A stretch of 64,000 nt of DNA from Candidatus Aenigmatarchaeota archaeon (GCA_018920185.1 JAHLMT010000002.1:91051-155050); one strand, 5' to 3'; positions 46,636 to 58,032 are shown, numbered from the stretch's first letter. Numbers and translations: made by a program. Notes: generated from the letters alone by a model not told the origin.

Positions 46636-49446
46636 CTATACAGACCAATATCTCTTTGTTCGAGCAAACATCTTTTCCGATTCAAGTACATCCTTAAATA
46701 AATCATCATCATCCTTATGATATTTTCCAAGAATTCTTTTAGCTGTAGTTGGTCCAACTCCTTTACCTGCCAATACTTTCACTGCTTTAGCTCGATAATA
46801 AAGGAACAATTCTGCTCTTTTCTTCATGTTCTCATATCTTTTCCTTTCAAGTTCATTCATTCCAACTTTTCTCAAAGCTTTCTTAACAATCTTTCCACCA
46901 CCAACCCATTCTTTCTTCAAAGTTGCTAACAATCGTGAATCACACTTTCCACATTTCAAAGAATCTTTCACTTCTTTTACAACATACAACTGATCCCAAT
47001 TACCACAATTGACACATACCAATCTCACCTGAGTATTTAGCAACCTCTGTTTGAACAATTCAAAAATTTCTACTTCAGGTTTCTCAGGACCAACAACTTC
47101 TGCATACTTGTGTCTAATACCAATTTTTCCTAAATAAGATAAACCATTCTTAAAAACAACTTTAATCTCCCCATTCTGTATCTTTTTCAATATCTCAGTA
47201 GCAGTTGGTATATCGAACTTCTCCGTCTCTAACTCTTTCAAGGTTTCCTTATAAATTGGAGTTCCAACATAATCGTCAATGATTTTTTTCATTAAAACCT
47301 TTCCGTATTCTGCATCTTTTGTAATTGCACCGAATCTTTTAGCTACATGTACAAACTTCCATTGGAATAACTCACTGTTGGCTAACGACATTTCCAAATA
47401 ACTTTGTAAATGCTCTGGTTTAATGTTGAATAAAATTTCTTTTATCAAGTCAACATTTTTTTTCTGGAATTGAATCATTATTCTGTAAGGATCTGTTTTC
47501 AATCCAACAGAACCAACTCTACTTGTCAATAATGCTGTAAGAAATCTTCCCAAAGTCTCATTAACAGTATTACCAAAACAACTATGAATCACAACAAGAT
47601 TTTCAAAATCTTCAACAAGAATAGTTTTGTCATCGGGTACAACACCAAATTTCAACTGTTTTTTAATTGTTCTGATCATTTCTTTTGCACAATTCTCATC
47701 AATTGGATATAGCTGTTGCAATTCACTCACGAGTTCATTTTGAGATATGTGCCTTATTTTATTGGCAATCAAAGCTCGTAATTTTCCAACTTCTTGTGTA
47801 ACGTCAGGTAAAACAGGAATTAATTCACCTTCCCAACCTGGAATAGCAGCTTCTATATCTTCCACAGGTTCGACTGTTACCCTGTCATCTTCAACAGTTA
47901 CTATCCTCCAAGGTTGACCTTTGACTATGAAAGTTGTATTTGGTTGACCATGTACAGCAACAAATTCCTCATCTAACATGCCGACAAAAGTTCTATCAAA
48001 TATGTTAAATATTCGATATTGCTTTATTGTAGGAATTGTTGAGAGATTATCAAAATAATATTGAAAGCTTCGTGTTCTCTTTTTGATGTGACTGTTCAGA
48101 AATATTAATCCTAATCTTTCCATCTGTCTGCAGACATCAAGAAATTCTTGATAGCTTAAGTTACGATAAGGGTATGCACGCTTTATAATATTGTAAGCTT
48201 TTTCCAATTCAATCTTACCAAAATCAAATGTCAAACCAATTAACTGATGAGCCAAAACATCGTAAGAATTTTGATGATATACCAATGGCTCCAATTCACC
48301 AGCTAAAGCTTTTCTGGCAATTACTGCAGATTCGAAAATATCATCTTCATCAGTTGCAATAATTATACCTTTGCTTACTTTTGTCAATTCATGGCCCGAA
48401 CGTCCTGTTCTCTGTATTAATTGTGTTACTTGTCTTGGGCTCATATATTGTAGCGTTTGTTCTACAGAGCCTATATCAATTCCAAGTTGTAAGCTGCTAG
48501 TTGCAATTAATGATTTCAATTTTCCTTGTTTGAACTCATTTTCGGCTTTTATTCTTACTTCCTTACTTAACGATCCATGATGTATGGCAATTGGAAATTT
48601 TTTATCAATAGCTCTTATTCTCGATGCCAATATTTCTGCAAAATCTCTTGTATTTGTAAATGTCAAAGTTGCACGAGAATTTTTAATCAAATCCATTATA
48701 GTTCTCAATCTTGCTGCTGTATCTCTCGATGAAAATATTTTACTTGCTATCTTATCATCTTGTGACTCTGGTTTTGGGTAGATTACATTTATTTCAAATT
48801 GTTTCGCGACATCAGCTTTGATTATTTTGACTGTTCTACCACCAGAGAAAAAGTTCGCTACTTGTTCGGGATTAGAAACAGTAGCCGATAACATTATCAG
48901 TTGAAAATCGCCGCATAATTCTCTTAATCTTTCTAATGCTAATGTAAGTTGTACACCACGTTTAGAATCGACTATCTCATGCACTTCATCCAAAATTACA
49001 TATTTAACATTTCTTAATAATTCACGGATATTCCTTCCAGATAACATTGGCTGTAACTGTTCTAATGTGGTTATCATTATATCCGGGGGGAATTCAACTT
49101 GAGCTTGTCTCTCGCTGGGAGAGGTATCACCATGTCTTACAGAAACTTCTAATTCTAATTCTTTTGACCACCACATTATTCGATCTAACAAGTCTCGGTT
49201 CAAACTTTTCATGGGAGTAATATAAAGAGTGCTAATAGGCCTTGGTTTCTCTTGGATAACTCTGTCAAAAATTTTTAAAAGTGCAGCTTCCGTTTTTCCT
49301 GATCCAGTAGGCGCTATTATTAGAGTATTTATTCCAGATGCTATGTATGGTATAGCCAATTGTTGTGGTAATGTTGGTTGTTCAAACCTTTTCTTAATTA
49401 CTTGTTGCATTTTGGGAGAGAGTTGTCCGAAAACCACAAAAATCAC
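46636..49446 (-). CDS. lhr: Lhr-like SF2 helicase with C-terminal zinc finger
   Basis: APTGSGKT, VRHGDT, DEVH, LSAT, HHGSLS, QRTGRSGH, WEGE, CVNC...CGKC. Confidence 0.92.
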   Translation of the reverse strand: MIFVVFGQLSPKMQQVIKKRFEQPTLPQQLAIPYIASGINTLIIAPTGSGKTEAALLKIFDRVIQEKPRPISTLYITPMKSLNRDLLDRIMWWSKELELEVSVRHGDTSPSERQAQVEFPPDIMITTLEQLQPMLSGRNIRELLRNVKYVILDEVHEIVDSKRGVQLTLALERLRELCGDFQLIMLSATVSNPEQVANFFSGGRTVKIIKADVAKQFEINVIYPKPESQDDKIASKIFSSRDTAARLRTIMDLIKNSRATLTFTNTRDFAEILASRIRAIDKKFPIAIHHGSLSKEVRIKAENEFKQGKLKSLIATSSLQLGIDIGSVEQTLQYMSPRQVTQLIQRTGRSGHELTKVSKGIIIATDEDDIFESAVIARKALAGELEPLVYHQNSYDVLAHQLIGLTFDFGKIELEKAYNIIKRAYPYRNLSYQEFLDVCRQMERLGLIFLNSHIKKRTRSFQYYFDNLSTIPTIKQYRIFNIFDRTFVGMLDEEFVAVHGQPNTTFIVKGQPWRIVTVEDDRVTVEPVEDIEAAIPGWEGELIPVLPDVTQEVGKLRALIANKIRHISQNELVSELQQLYPIDENCAKEMIRTIKKQLKFGVVPDDKTILVEDFENLVVIHSCFGNTVNETLGRFLTALLTSRVGSVGLKTDPYRIMIQFQKKNVDLIKEILFNIKPEHLQSYLEMSLANSELFQWKFVHVAKRFGAITKDAEYGKVLMKKIIDDYVGTPIYKETLKELETEKFDIPTATEILKKIQNGEIKVVFKNGLSYLGKIGIRHKYAEVVGPEKPEVEIFELFKQRLLNTQVRLVCVNCGNWDQLYVVKEVKDSLKCGKCDSRLLATLKKEWVGGGKIVKKALRKVGMNELERKRYENMKKRAELFLYYRAKAVKVLAGKGVGPTTAKRILGKYHKDDDDLFKDVLESEKMFARTKRYWSV

Positions 49447-50075
49447 AGATAATTTTTCAATTTTTTTTCTAATTGTGCTGCACTGTTGAATAGAATAGCT
49501 TTCATTCCAGCTTTTCGTGCACCAATTACATTGTCCATTTTATCGTCAATAAAAATACATTCTTCGGGTCTAACTCCCAATTTTCCCGCAACATATTGAT
49601 AAATCTTAACATCGGGTTTTTTCATTCTGAGTTTGGTTGATAGGAAAACTCTATTAAAGAATTTATAATGCCCCAATTTTCTGTGAAGTCTCTCATGAGG
49701 TGTTGGTACATTTGAGAGTGCGGCTACTATATACCCATTTTTCTTGACATTTTTTATAATCTTTACAACATCATGATTTAATGTACCATGTTTTTTCAGA
49801 GAGTTCATCCAGACTTTTTTAAAAGTATTCACATCTTTTATTTCTAAATATTTTGCTAAATTTAACCAGAATTCCTTTTCAGAAATTTTATCGGTTGATA
49901 TCAAAGGTTCAAGTTTCTCGTAGATTTTTTTGATCGTCTTCTTGCTTATTTTAAATTCTTTCTCTATATCATGGTAAATCCCGTCCATAGGATATTTTAT
50001 AGTTACCCCACCAATGTCGAAGATGACAGCTTTAATCAAGATAATCACCACTAACCATGACAGGAGTATATACAT
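49443..50075 (-). CDS. HAD family phosphatase (probable start TTG 50039)
   Basis: FDIGGV, LSN, KKPD, FIDD...N. Confidence 0.88.
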   Translation of the reverse strand: MYILLSWLVVIILIKAVIFDIGGVTIKYPMDGIYHDIEKEFKISKKTIKKIYEKLEPLISTDKISEKEFWLNLAKYLEIKDVNTFKKVWMNSLKKHGTLNHDVVKIIKNVKKNGYIVAALSNVPTPHERLHRKLGHYKFFNRVFLSTKLRMKKPDVKIYQYVAGKLGVRPEECIFIDDKMDNVIGARKAGMKAILFNSAAQLEKKLKNYL

Positions 50076-50170
50076 CCAAGCACATAATACAACATAACTA
50101 CAAGATTTCTATCAGTAATAGATATATTTCTTTTATAAAGCTTTAATTAGAGTCGTCTAATTTAAAACTA

Positions 50171-52363
50171 ATGACAAATAGCATGAAAATAATCCTGACT
50201 ATTTTGATTTTTTATAGCTCTATCAATTTTTTCTTGAGTATAGGATATAGTGCTATTGTAATTAATGAGATTATGTACGATCCAGACCAGTGTAGTGATT
50301 CTTTTTGTGAATGGATTGAATTATATAATACCGAAGATACTCCAGTGAGTTTAACAGGATATACACTATGTGGTAATGAGCTTCTTGCAGGATACGTCAA
50401 CAGTTCAGATGGGAAAATATATGCAAACACTGGAATGAATATAAGTGGTAAAGGATTTGCAATTATTACAGATGGTGGAACTGGTACAAATGTATATGAA
50501 AAATTTAATGTCAATTCATCTTCACTAGCACTCCATACCAATACAAGCTCTATTTGTGGAGGATTAAGTAACACAGGTGACACAGTCTACCTGGCTGATT
50601 CTTCTGGAACACTAGTCGACCAAGTTACTTACAGTAACTCATGGGGTGCTAACGGAAATAATAAGACATTAGAAAGAATAGATCCAACTGGAAATTCCAA
50701 CAGCTCGATTAATTGGAAAGAAGGTGATGTAAACGGAACGCCGGGATTTAAGAATAGTGTTACACCAAATGAACATGATTTAGCTGTTTATAGCAGTAAT
50801 ATAACTTTTTCACCTCCTGATCCATCACCGAGAACAGGTGTTAACATTTCTGTCTCAATTCAAAACAAGGGTATATCAAACGAGACTAATGTTAATATAA
50901 GCATTTACAACATTTCCGATTCTGCATTAACTTTAATTCATAGTCAGTTATTAAATATAACAAAACGAGATTCTTCATCAATCACGATAAAATGGAACAA
51001 TACCGTAAAAGGAAATTCAACAATTTTAGTAAGATTTGAAAATTTCACCGACGACAATATAACGGATAATAATGCAACAAAAAATATTACATTCGATTTT
51101 CATTTGGTTATCAATGAAATCATGTACAATCCACCAGAAGAAATAGGTTCTGATGCAGATTTCGAATGGTTAGAGATATACAACAATGCAACTTATACGG
51201 AAAATCTTACAGGTTGGATATTGCAATGTGATAGTAGTTCAAAATTATTAAGCGGTAACCTGAGTTCTAATAGCTACCTTGTTTTTGTAAAAGATAGAAC
51301 ACAATTCTACACATATTACAGTTCAAGCATAATTACTGACAGTGAAAGTTGTTCTTTGAATAATGATGGTGATACTATAAAATTAATTTTCAATGATTCT
51401 GGAATTTATCACGAAGAAACTGTCAGCTATTCTCCAAACTGGGGCGCAGATGGTACTGGTTATTCCTTAGAAAAGAAAATTCCTACAACTGATAACAATT
51501 CAACTAATTGGGCTGAAAGTAAGGCTTATGCAGGCACACCAGGTGCTAGAAACAATCCTGACAATCGAATAAAAGGTTCTTTGAGAAATCAAACCACTTC
51601 GGTTATCTACAGAACTAACACTGAAATAGTTTACATACCTAAAGAAGATCCAGATTACAAGATAGTCTCCTTTCCAGAGTTTGTATACGTCAATGAACCA
51701 TTCAAGACAACAGTAAGCTTACGTTCCTCACGAGAAGAAATTGTAACAGTTTACTCTTATGTCTACGATGGGAAAAATATAGTCTCACAAGGATTTGACG
51801 GTAGTAATTGGAAAAGTACGTGGACAGCAAATAAAAAAGATATTAAAATAGGCCCGACAGCTGTATATGCTGAATTTGAAAATAAAATAGAGCCGGGAAC
51901 GCCACCGGGCAAATATCAATTCAAAGTCAGAATAAAAGATAAGACAGATCTCACACGTACAATCGATGTTTTGCCAGAAAGAAAAGAACTTCAACCTGTC
52001 AAAGCTAATTATAGCAAAATAATCGTCCACTGCGAACAATCGGATAATCAAGCCAAAATAACTGTAAATGGTTCAACGCAAGAATCGACTCTTTTGCTGC
52101 ATTTTTCCAAAGGGCCAATTAAAAACGAAACTCTTAATGTTAACGGAAGCTTGACTTACACCATTAATCTAGAAGAAGGTTACAACTCTGTAATTTTCAT
52201 TCAGAATAACAGAATACTTGATTTATGCATCTTTCTATATCAAAAACCATCTCTAGTAACAGGAAGAGTTACGCAACCTTTATCTACTACTAATAAGATT
52301 TTCATTTTTATCAAATCTTGGTTAGAAAAACTTAGTTTCTTAAACATTTTTAGAAATATTTAA
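50171..52363 (+). CDS. Surface protein with two lamin-tail domains and a CARDB domain
   Basis: Two INEIMY.P...EW.E.YN...GTPG units; many NxS/T sequons. Confidence 0.82.
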   Translation: MTNSMKIILTILIFYSSINFFLSIGYSAIVINEIMYDPDQCSDSFCEWIELYNTEDTPVSLTGYTLCGNELLAGYVNSSDGKIYANTGMNISGKGFAIITDGGTGTNVYEKFNVNSSSLALHTNTSSICGGLSNTGDTVYLADSSGTLVDQVTYSNSWGANGNNKTLERIDPTGNSNSSINWKEGDVNGTPGFKNSVTPNEHDLAVYSSNITFSPPDPSPRTGVNISVSIQNKGISNETNVNISIYNISDSALTLIHSQLLNITKRDSSSITIKWNNTVKGNSTILVRFENFTDDNITDNNATKNITFDFHLVINEIMYNPPEEIGSDADFEWLEIYNNATYTENLTGWILQCDSSSKLLSGNLSSNSYLVFVKDRTQFYTYYSSSIITDSESCSLNNDGDTIKLIFNDSGIYHEETVSYSPNWGADGTGYSLEKKIPTTDNNSTNWAESKAYAGTPGARNNPDNRIKGSLRNQTTSVIYRTNTEIVYIPKEDPDYKIVSFPEFVYVNEPFKTTVSLRSSREEIVTVYSYVYDGKNIVSQGFDGSNWKSTWTANKKDIKIGPTAVYAEFENKIEPGTPPGKYQFKVRIKDKTDLTRTIDVLPERKELQPVKANYSKIIVHCEQSDNQAKITVNGSTQESTLLLHFSKGPIKNETLNVNGSLTYTINLEEGYNSVIFIQNNRILDLCIFLYQKPSLVTGRVTQPLSTTNKIFIFIKSWLEKLSFLNIFRNI

Positions 52364-52402
52364 ATTTTTTCAATTTTCAATCTTATATCCTTTCATCCTA
52401 TA

Positions 52403-53950
52403 ATGTTAAGTATGCAATTACATTCGAGAGAAGCTTTACCGATTTCAACATTTTTAGTTTCGATGATTATTCTAGTACCGTCTGTATTTGCAGCAGTTGT
52501 GAAGGTAGATTTATCGCCTCCGCAGACATCACCCGACAAATCGGTTGAATTCTCCTTGTCTGTCAAAAATCTCGCGGGAGATAATGTAAACAAGGTTGAG
52601 CTAATTGTTCCTCAGAAAGACAATACACCATTATATTTAATTAAAGAAATCGGTAGTCCAGCCGGTTGGACTTACGAGTCACGGTACTCTGTTGGAGCAC
52701 CATCACCATTTAAAATAATCTGGTCTACTGCAGATGTGGGTATATCCGCTACCAAATCTCTGAGTTTTAATTTTGTTGCAACATCCCCAACTGCAGCTGG
52801 TGATTATAGATTTGAATGGCGAGTAGTTGACTTGAGAGGTGATGAAGATTTCGGTGAAGTTAAAGTAACAAACTTTGCTCCCGTGTTGGCAAGTTTCGAG
52901 GTGAAATCACCTAACTCAACAATCGCAGGAAAAGAATTTGAATTGTCCGTTGCAGCATTAGACCAAAATGGAAATAGAAAATCAGATTACACAGGTACTG
53001 TAAAGTTCTCATCGTCTGATCCGTTAGCAATATTACCCGCAGACTACACATTCCAACTTTCTGACAACGGTATAAAGACTTTCAAATTAAAATTGAAAAC
53101 AGCAGGTGAACAACAAGTAAAAGTTTCTGATGGTAGTGTGGAGAAATCTGTTAAAATGACCGTGCTCCAAAGTGACATTAGTTCGATTGAATTAAAGTTG
53201 AGCAACGACACCGTGACACCAAACACAGTCATTACATTAAGTGTACTATCCGCAGATGTATATGGGAATACAAAAGATGTGACAAAAGACTCTACTTTTG
53301 AAGTCGACAAGGAAGCTGGAGGAAAACTGGTGAACAATATGTACACAACTGAAGCAATAGGAAAATGGACTATAGTTGCCACATACAAGGTTAACGGTCA
53401 GAAATTCTTGGACGGAAAGCTGTTGACAGTTGTATCTAAAAAGCCGATTGCAGAAGAGAAACAAGTTAAACCAGAAAAAATGGCTATGGAAATTATAGCT
53501 GATGATGTGATTGAAATTCCATTCAATTCAACAAAACTTTTCTCACTGACGGTAAAAAATACAGGTGAAGTTGACATACCAAATGTGAGTGTTTACTTCA
53601 CGGGCTATCCTGAGAAATGGCTTAGCATATCACCTGCGATGGCAAATATAAACAAAGGTAAATCTCAAAGATTCACGGTAACAGTTTCTGCTCCTGAGCA
53701 CATAGAACTATTAGATGTGGAATTTCTTGCATTATCCTCATCATATCCCAGCCAGATGCTAAATGCAACAAAAAAGGTTAAATTTAACATAACAGAACCT
53801 GTTGTTGAGAGGGCACCCGGAGTAGGAAGAATTGTGCTTAGTAAGAATCTAACTTATCTTGGAATAGCAATTGTTGTATCTGTAGTATTAATCATAGTCT
53901 TCTGGGTTCTTTTCCTAAGGGAAGAACCGAAGAAGAAAAAAGCTGAGTAG
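52403..53950 (+). CDS. Cell-surface Ig-repeat protein with C-terminal TM anchor
   Basis: Signal peptide, beta-rich domains (YTGTVKFSSSDP, VKNTG), TM plus basic tail. Confidence 0.75.
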   Translation: MLSMQLHSREALPISTFLVSMIILVPSVFAAVVKVDLSPPQTSPDKSVEFSLSVKNLAGDNVNKVELIVPQKDNTPLYLIKEIGSPAGWTYESRYSVGAPSPFKIIWSTADVGISATKSLSFNFVATSPTAAGDYRFEWRVVDLRGDEDFGEVKVTNFAPVLASFEVKSPNSTIAGKEFELSVAALDQNGNRKSDYTGTVKFSSSDPLAILPADYTFQLSDNGIKTFKLKLKTAGEQQVKVSDGSVEKSVKMTVLQSDISSIELKLSNDTVTPNTVITLSVLSADVYGNTKDVTKDSTFEVDKEAGGKLVNNMYTTEAIGKWTIVATYKVNGQKFLDGKLLTVVSKKPIAEEKQVKPEKMAMEIIADDVIEIPFNSTKLFSLTVKNTGEVDIPNVSVYFTGYPEKWLSISPAMANINKGKSQRFTVTVSAPEHIELLDVEFLALSSSYPSQMLNATKKVKFNITEPVVERAPGVGRIVLSKNLTYLGIAIVVSVVLIIVFWVLFLREEPKKKKAE

Positions 53951-54213
53951 AGTTTTCCGCAACGAATCCTGGTTTAGAAAGCTTTATTTACGCCAAAGGG
54001 TAGAAATTATTGACGACAATAATTTTTATAGTCGTGATAGGTTTGTGGTGTTGTGTTTTATCTTGTGAAAAAGAATGTGATGAAGTTCGATAAAATATTC
54101 ACAAAAGAGATACAAGTCAGGAAGAACTAAAAAATATAATAGACAGCAGACAATAGTCCCAGATTCTTAAAGATTTAAAAGATTTATATAGTATCCTTTC
54201 CAATTATTTTTAA

Positions 54214-56634
54214 ATGTCTTTAGGACTCCGTCATAATTTATTTAATGAAAAAAAGTTTAAAATTCTTATATCGTCAATTTTACTAAGTTTTTTCATCGTT
54301 TTTTACCTATTTGTAGTAGATGCGAACGCATTTGTTATAGCTAACAACACAATAAACCAAACCCCAGCTATAGCGCCGTTAAATAACATACAATTAAATT
54401 TTTCGATTTATGGCAATGCTTCTAGTGTAACTACACATAATTTGACAAATGTTACTATTGTTTTCCAACCAATAACAGATAATGTGAGACTATTTAATGT
54501 TTCGGCTGGAACAGTCAATACATCGGCAAGTTATATTGTAACCCAACCCAACTCATCTACAATAGTATTTTCAAATGCGTCCACATCTCTAAATCTTTTT
54601 ACAGAAGCAAACCAACTTCTTAGTTTTTCAATAAATGTTTCTGCGCCCCAGAGCGGGACGTATAATATATTCATTAATACAACTATTAACAGTAGTATTT
54701 TGGATAATTCTACCACAGTTTCCCTTAATGTTATTAACGGTACACTAACTTTAACAAATGCAACATTCTCAAACTTCACTTATGATGGAAGTACAATAAG
54801 AATGAATTTCACCGGGACAGCTTCTTCACCAACTGGAGGAGGTTCTATAGGCGATAACATTACTTATACATTATACTTGAATAATAATTTGCAGGTTACT
54901 AACTATACATGCGGTACAACATGTACAGGTGGTGTAGGTACAGCTAATCTAACTATTAACGGCACAGCTGGTATTTATACTTTTGTTTGGAATACAACAG
55001 GAACTAATAACTACACGGCAGTTAGTTTAACGGCTGTGCTAAATATAAGCAAAGCTACACCAACAGTGAGAACATTTCTATCAGGAACACCTGGAAATAT
55101 TACTGTTACCTATCCAACTTCTGTAGAAATAAGAGGTAACGCCACATTTGGAAATGTGACTACCATAGCTGAACCTACGTTTAATATTTACATCTTTAAT
55201 GTCACCGAATCTTCACCTACAGTATCATTAACTGCTTCAGGTATGCCAGCTGTAAGAACAGAAACACTTGGTAATGGAACCTATAGAATAGTTTATAATA
55301 CTTCAGGTAGTGTAAACTACACAGCTGCAGAAAATAATACTTTATACTTACATGTTAACAAAGGAATTCACGATATAACAATCTATGTAAATGGTTCAAC
55401 AAATGGAACTTATATAGCTGAAAGAGGTGACATAATAAATATAACTATAGTCTCAAATGCAACAATAGATAACATCACTACATCAATGAGAATTTTCACA
55501 AACTTTACAGGATCTAATGCAACTATTGCCACCTTAACAGGACCAATCCTCAATAGTTTATATAACATAACAAACACATCTAGGTTAGTTTTAGGAAATC
55601 ATACCATTTCAGCAAATGCAACAGAAACAGCTAATTATACATCCACAGCTAATAACACAATATTGCTTTGGGTTAGAGATACTATTCCACCAAGGATAAC
55701 TTCATTCACTTTAGTCAAAGCCGAAAGTATTTATGTAAATTCTCCACTTACAACATCAGATTTCTCTTGTTCGGCTATAGATAATTCATCAATAACTATA
55801 AGCATAACAGGTTTAGACACTTCATCACCAGGAAGAAAGACCGCTACATGTCAAGTAACAGATGAAGCTAACAATATAGCAACTGCAACAGTTGAATATA
55901 CAGTTTTTAGTCTATCTACAGTTACTACATCAACACCTTCCATCTCCGCAAACAAAATAGACAAAGGAAAGGCTAGAGCAAACATTCAGAGCATAGCAGC
56001 TAATGGAATTGCTACTGTGAGTATAAACAAAACATTTGAAACGAATATAAATGAAATAAAAATTGGTGTGAAAAATCAAGCAGCAAATGTATGGATAAAT
56101 GTAGTTAAACTAACTGGAAAACCCACAGAAATAAAAGAAGTACCTAATGGTACAGTATTTGGTTATGTGAATATTAATGTTGATTTATCGCAAGATAACA
56201 TAAGAAATGCAACAATAAACTTCTATGTACCGAAATCATGGATACAGCAAAGCAACATAGATGAAAATAGAGTTTACTTGAACAGATACGCTGATAACAA
56301 ATGGAACAGATTGAACACAAGTAAGATAAGTGATGATACAGAATTTGTTTATTACAAAGCATTAACACCAGGATTTTCAGTATTTTCAATTACAGGAGAA
56401 CAAAAAGTTGCAGAAGTACAACCACCACCTGCAGAAAGAGAACAATCAGCACCACCAGAATCACCTTCTTCCCCACCAGAAGCACCACCATCAGCGCCAA
56501 AAGCTTTTCCGATAGGTTTGATATTGATAGCTATTGTAATAATTGCTGTAGTTGCAGGGGTATTCTATTTACTGAGAATAAAGAAACTTCGCTGGGAAGA
56601 ACTAAAAAGAAAATATAATAAAGTTTATTTCTAA
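54214..56634 (+). CDS. PGF-pre-PGF domain surface glycoprotein
   Basis: Very dense NxS/T sequons; FYVPKSWI...LNRY...YKALTPGFSVFSI; Pro linker; TM. Confidence 0.85.
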   Translation: MSLGLRHNLFNEKKFKILISSILLSFFIVFYLFVVDANAFVIANNTINQTPAIAPLNNIQLNFSIYGNASSVTTHNLTNVTIVFQPITDNVRLFNVSAGTVNTSASYIVTQPNSSTIVFSNASTSLNLFTEANQLLSFSINVSAPQSGTYNIFINTTINSSILDNSTTVSLNVINGTLTLTNATFSNFTYDGSTIRMNFTGTASSPTGGGSIGDNITYTLYLNNNLQVTNYTCGTTCTGGVGTANLTINGTAGIYTFVWNTTGTNNYTAVSLTAVLNISKATPTVRTFLSGTPGNITVTYPTSVEIRGNATFGNVTTIAEPTFNIYIFNVTESSPTVSLTASGMPAVRTETLGNGTYRIVYNTSGSVNYTAAENNTLYLHVNKGIHDITIYVNGSTNGTYIAERGDIINITIVSNATIDNITTSMRIFTNFTGSNATIATLTGPILNSLYNITNTSRLVLGNHTISANATETANYTSTANNTILLWVRDTIPPRITSFTLVKAESIYVNSPLTTSDFSCSAIDNSSITISITGLDTSSPGRKTATCQVTDEANNIATATVEYTVFSLSTVTTSTPSISANKIDKGKARANIQSIAANGIATVSINKTFETNINEIKIGVKNQAANVWINVVKLTGKPTEIKEVPNGTVFGYVNINVDLSQDNIRNATINFYVPKSWIQQSNIDENRVYLNRYADNKWNRLNTSKISDDTEFVYYKALTPGFSVFSITGEQKVAEVQPPPAEREQSAPPESPSSPPEAPPSAPKAFPIGLILIAIVIIAVVAGVFYLLRIKKLRWEELKRKYNKVYF

Positions 56635-56653
56635 GTCCAGCTAAGTTTTAATT

Positions 56654-57343
56654 ATGTTCATAGAAAGAGTGGAAACTGGTATTCCTGGATTCGACAAGCT
56701 TATAGAAGGTGGGCTAGTTAAAGGATCTACGAATTTGGTTGCAGGTAATTCAGGAACAGGTAAAACCATCTTTTGTATGCAATATCTTTGGAATGGATTA
56801 CAAAGAGGAGAGAATGGAGTTTACATAACATTAGAGCAGCGACCGGAAGATATACTTTCTGACGTAGCAAGATTCGGTTGGGATTTTTCTAAATATATAA
56901 CAACAGGCAGATTTCGGTTGGAGAGCCTGGTTGCTAGCGATATAGCTACAGTCACCAAAAGTATAGTAGAGAACATTAAAGCTGTAAATGCAAAAAGATT
57001 TGCACTTGATAGCTTAACAATAGCTACGATGGGATGGAAGGAACGACCGGAAGAAGCATTTCAATTACGTGGTAAAGCTTTCGACATGCTGAACACACTG
57101 AAATCTTTAGGCGTGACCAGCATGATAATTTCTGAAGTTCCTCGATCGGCGAAGGAGGAGATAAGTAGATTTGGATTTGAAGAGTTTGTTGTTGATAGTG
57201 TGATATTGTTGAACTACATGACCATTGGTGGTGCTTCTCGTAACTTACAGATATTAAAGATGAGAAGAACAGATCATGGGAAAAAGATATATCCTTTTGA
57301 AATAACTGAGAGAGGAATAGTAGTTAGAAGTTTGACGGTTTAG
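56654..57343 (+). CDS. Single-domain KaiC/RAD55-like ATPase
   Basis: TGIPGFDKLIEGG, GNSGTGKT, LDS, EFVVD, KMRRTDH. Confidence 0.88.
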   Translation: MFIERVETGIPGFDKLIEGGLVKGSTNLVAGNSGTGKTIFCMQYLWNGLQRGENGVYITLEQRPEDILSDVARFGWDFSKYITTGRFRLESLVASDIATVTKSIVENIKAVNAKRFALDSLTIATMGWKERPEEAFQLRGKAFDMLNTLKSLGVTSMIISEVPRSAKEEISRFGFEEFVVDSVILLNYMTIGGASRNLQILKMRRTDHGKKIYPFEITERGIVVRSLTV

Positions 57344-57356
57344 AATGTGTTACAAT

Positions 57357-57845
57357 TCAAACATTCCCTTCTAATATTTTTTTCAATTCTTCCACGCTTT
57401 TACCAAAATATTTTTCGAATTCATCTGTGAGTTTGACTATTTTTGTACGAGAAAATTTTTCTGTTTTTATCAGACCTTTCTTTTCAAGTTGTTCGATATA
57501 GCCATAAGCTTTGTTTCCTTGATATTTGACTATAGTAGATTGTTTGACAGGAGGTTTTATTGCCACAGCCAGTGCTAATGTTCTTAGCTGACCTTCTGTT
57601 AAATCAGACATTGGTGCGAGTTTAGCTATTTTCTCTCGATATTGCGGTTTTATTCTGAATTCATAACCTTCTGGAGTTTCCACAAGTTCCATTCCTTTTT
57701 CTTCTTGTGAATGTTCTCGACGTATTTTTTCTATTATTTGTTTCAATTCGTTTTGTGGTAAATTTGTGATTTCTGATAACTTCGTCAGAGTTAATGGTTT
57801 ATCCGAGACAAATAAGGCTGATTCAACTAGAGCTTTTTTATTCAT
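57357..57845 (-). CDS. scpB: SMC-associated kite protein ScpB
   Basis: VESALFVSDKPL, LRTLA, PPVKQS, tandem wHTH, FEKYFG. Confidence 0.88.
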   Translation of the reverse strand: MNKKALVESALFVSDKPLTLTKLSEITNLPQNELKQIIEKIRREHSQEEKGMELVETPEGYEFRIKPQYREKIAKLAPMSDLTEGQLRTLALAVAIKPPVKQSTIVKYQGNKAYGYIEQLEKKGLIKTEKFSRTKIVKLTDEFEKYFGKSVEELKKILEGNV

Positions 57846-57905
57846 ATAATATCATTTGTTTTCTCATTCTATTAATTTTCAAAATATCAATTAACATGCA
57901 TCCAC

Positions 57906-58032
57906 ATCAGAATATCTTAAAACTGCCAGAGCTCAACTAAACACAGTTTACCAAGCATCTGGCAGAATAATAAACCAACTAGAAAACATGAGAATAAGAA
58001 ATGAACCTAATCCAGAAAACTATTTACGAGCT
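57906..58032 (+). repeat. Dispersed repeat copy B, startless fragment of ORF 8758
   Basis: About 94% identical to 8799-8925; overlaps the stop of ORF 58020. Confidence 0.9.

Noticed and set aside
8799-58032. 127-bp repeat pair as a diversity-generating retroelement TR/VR
   Set aside because: Mismatches are not confined to adenines of one copy on either strand, and no reverse transcriptase is in the window
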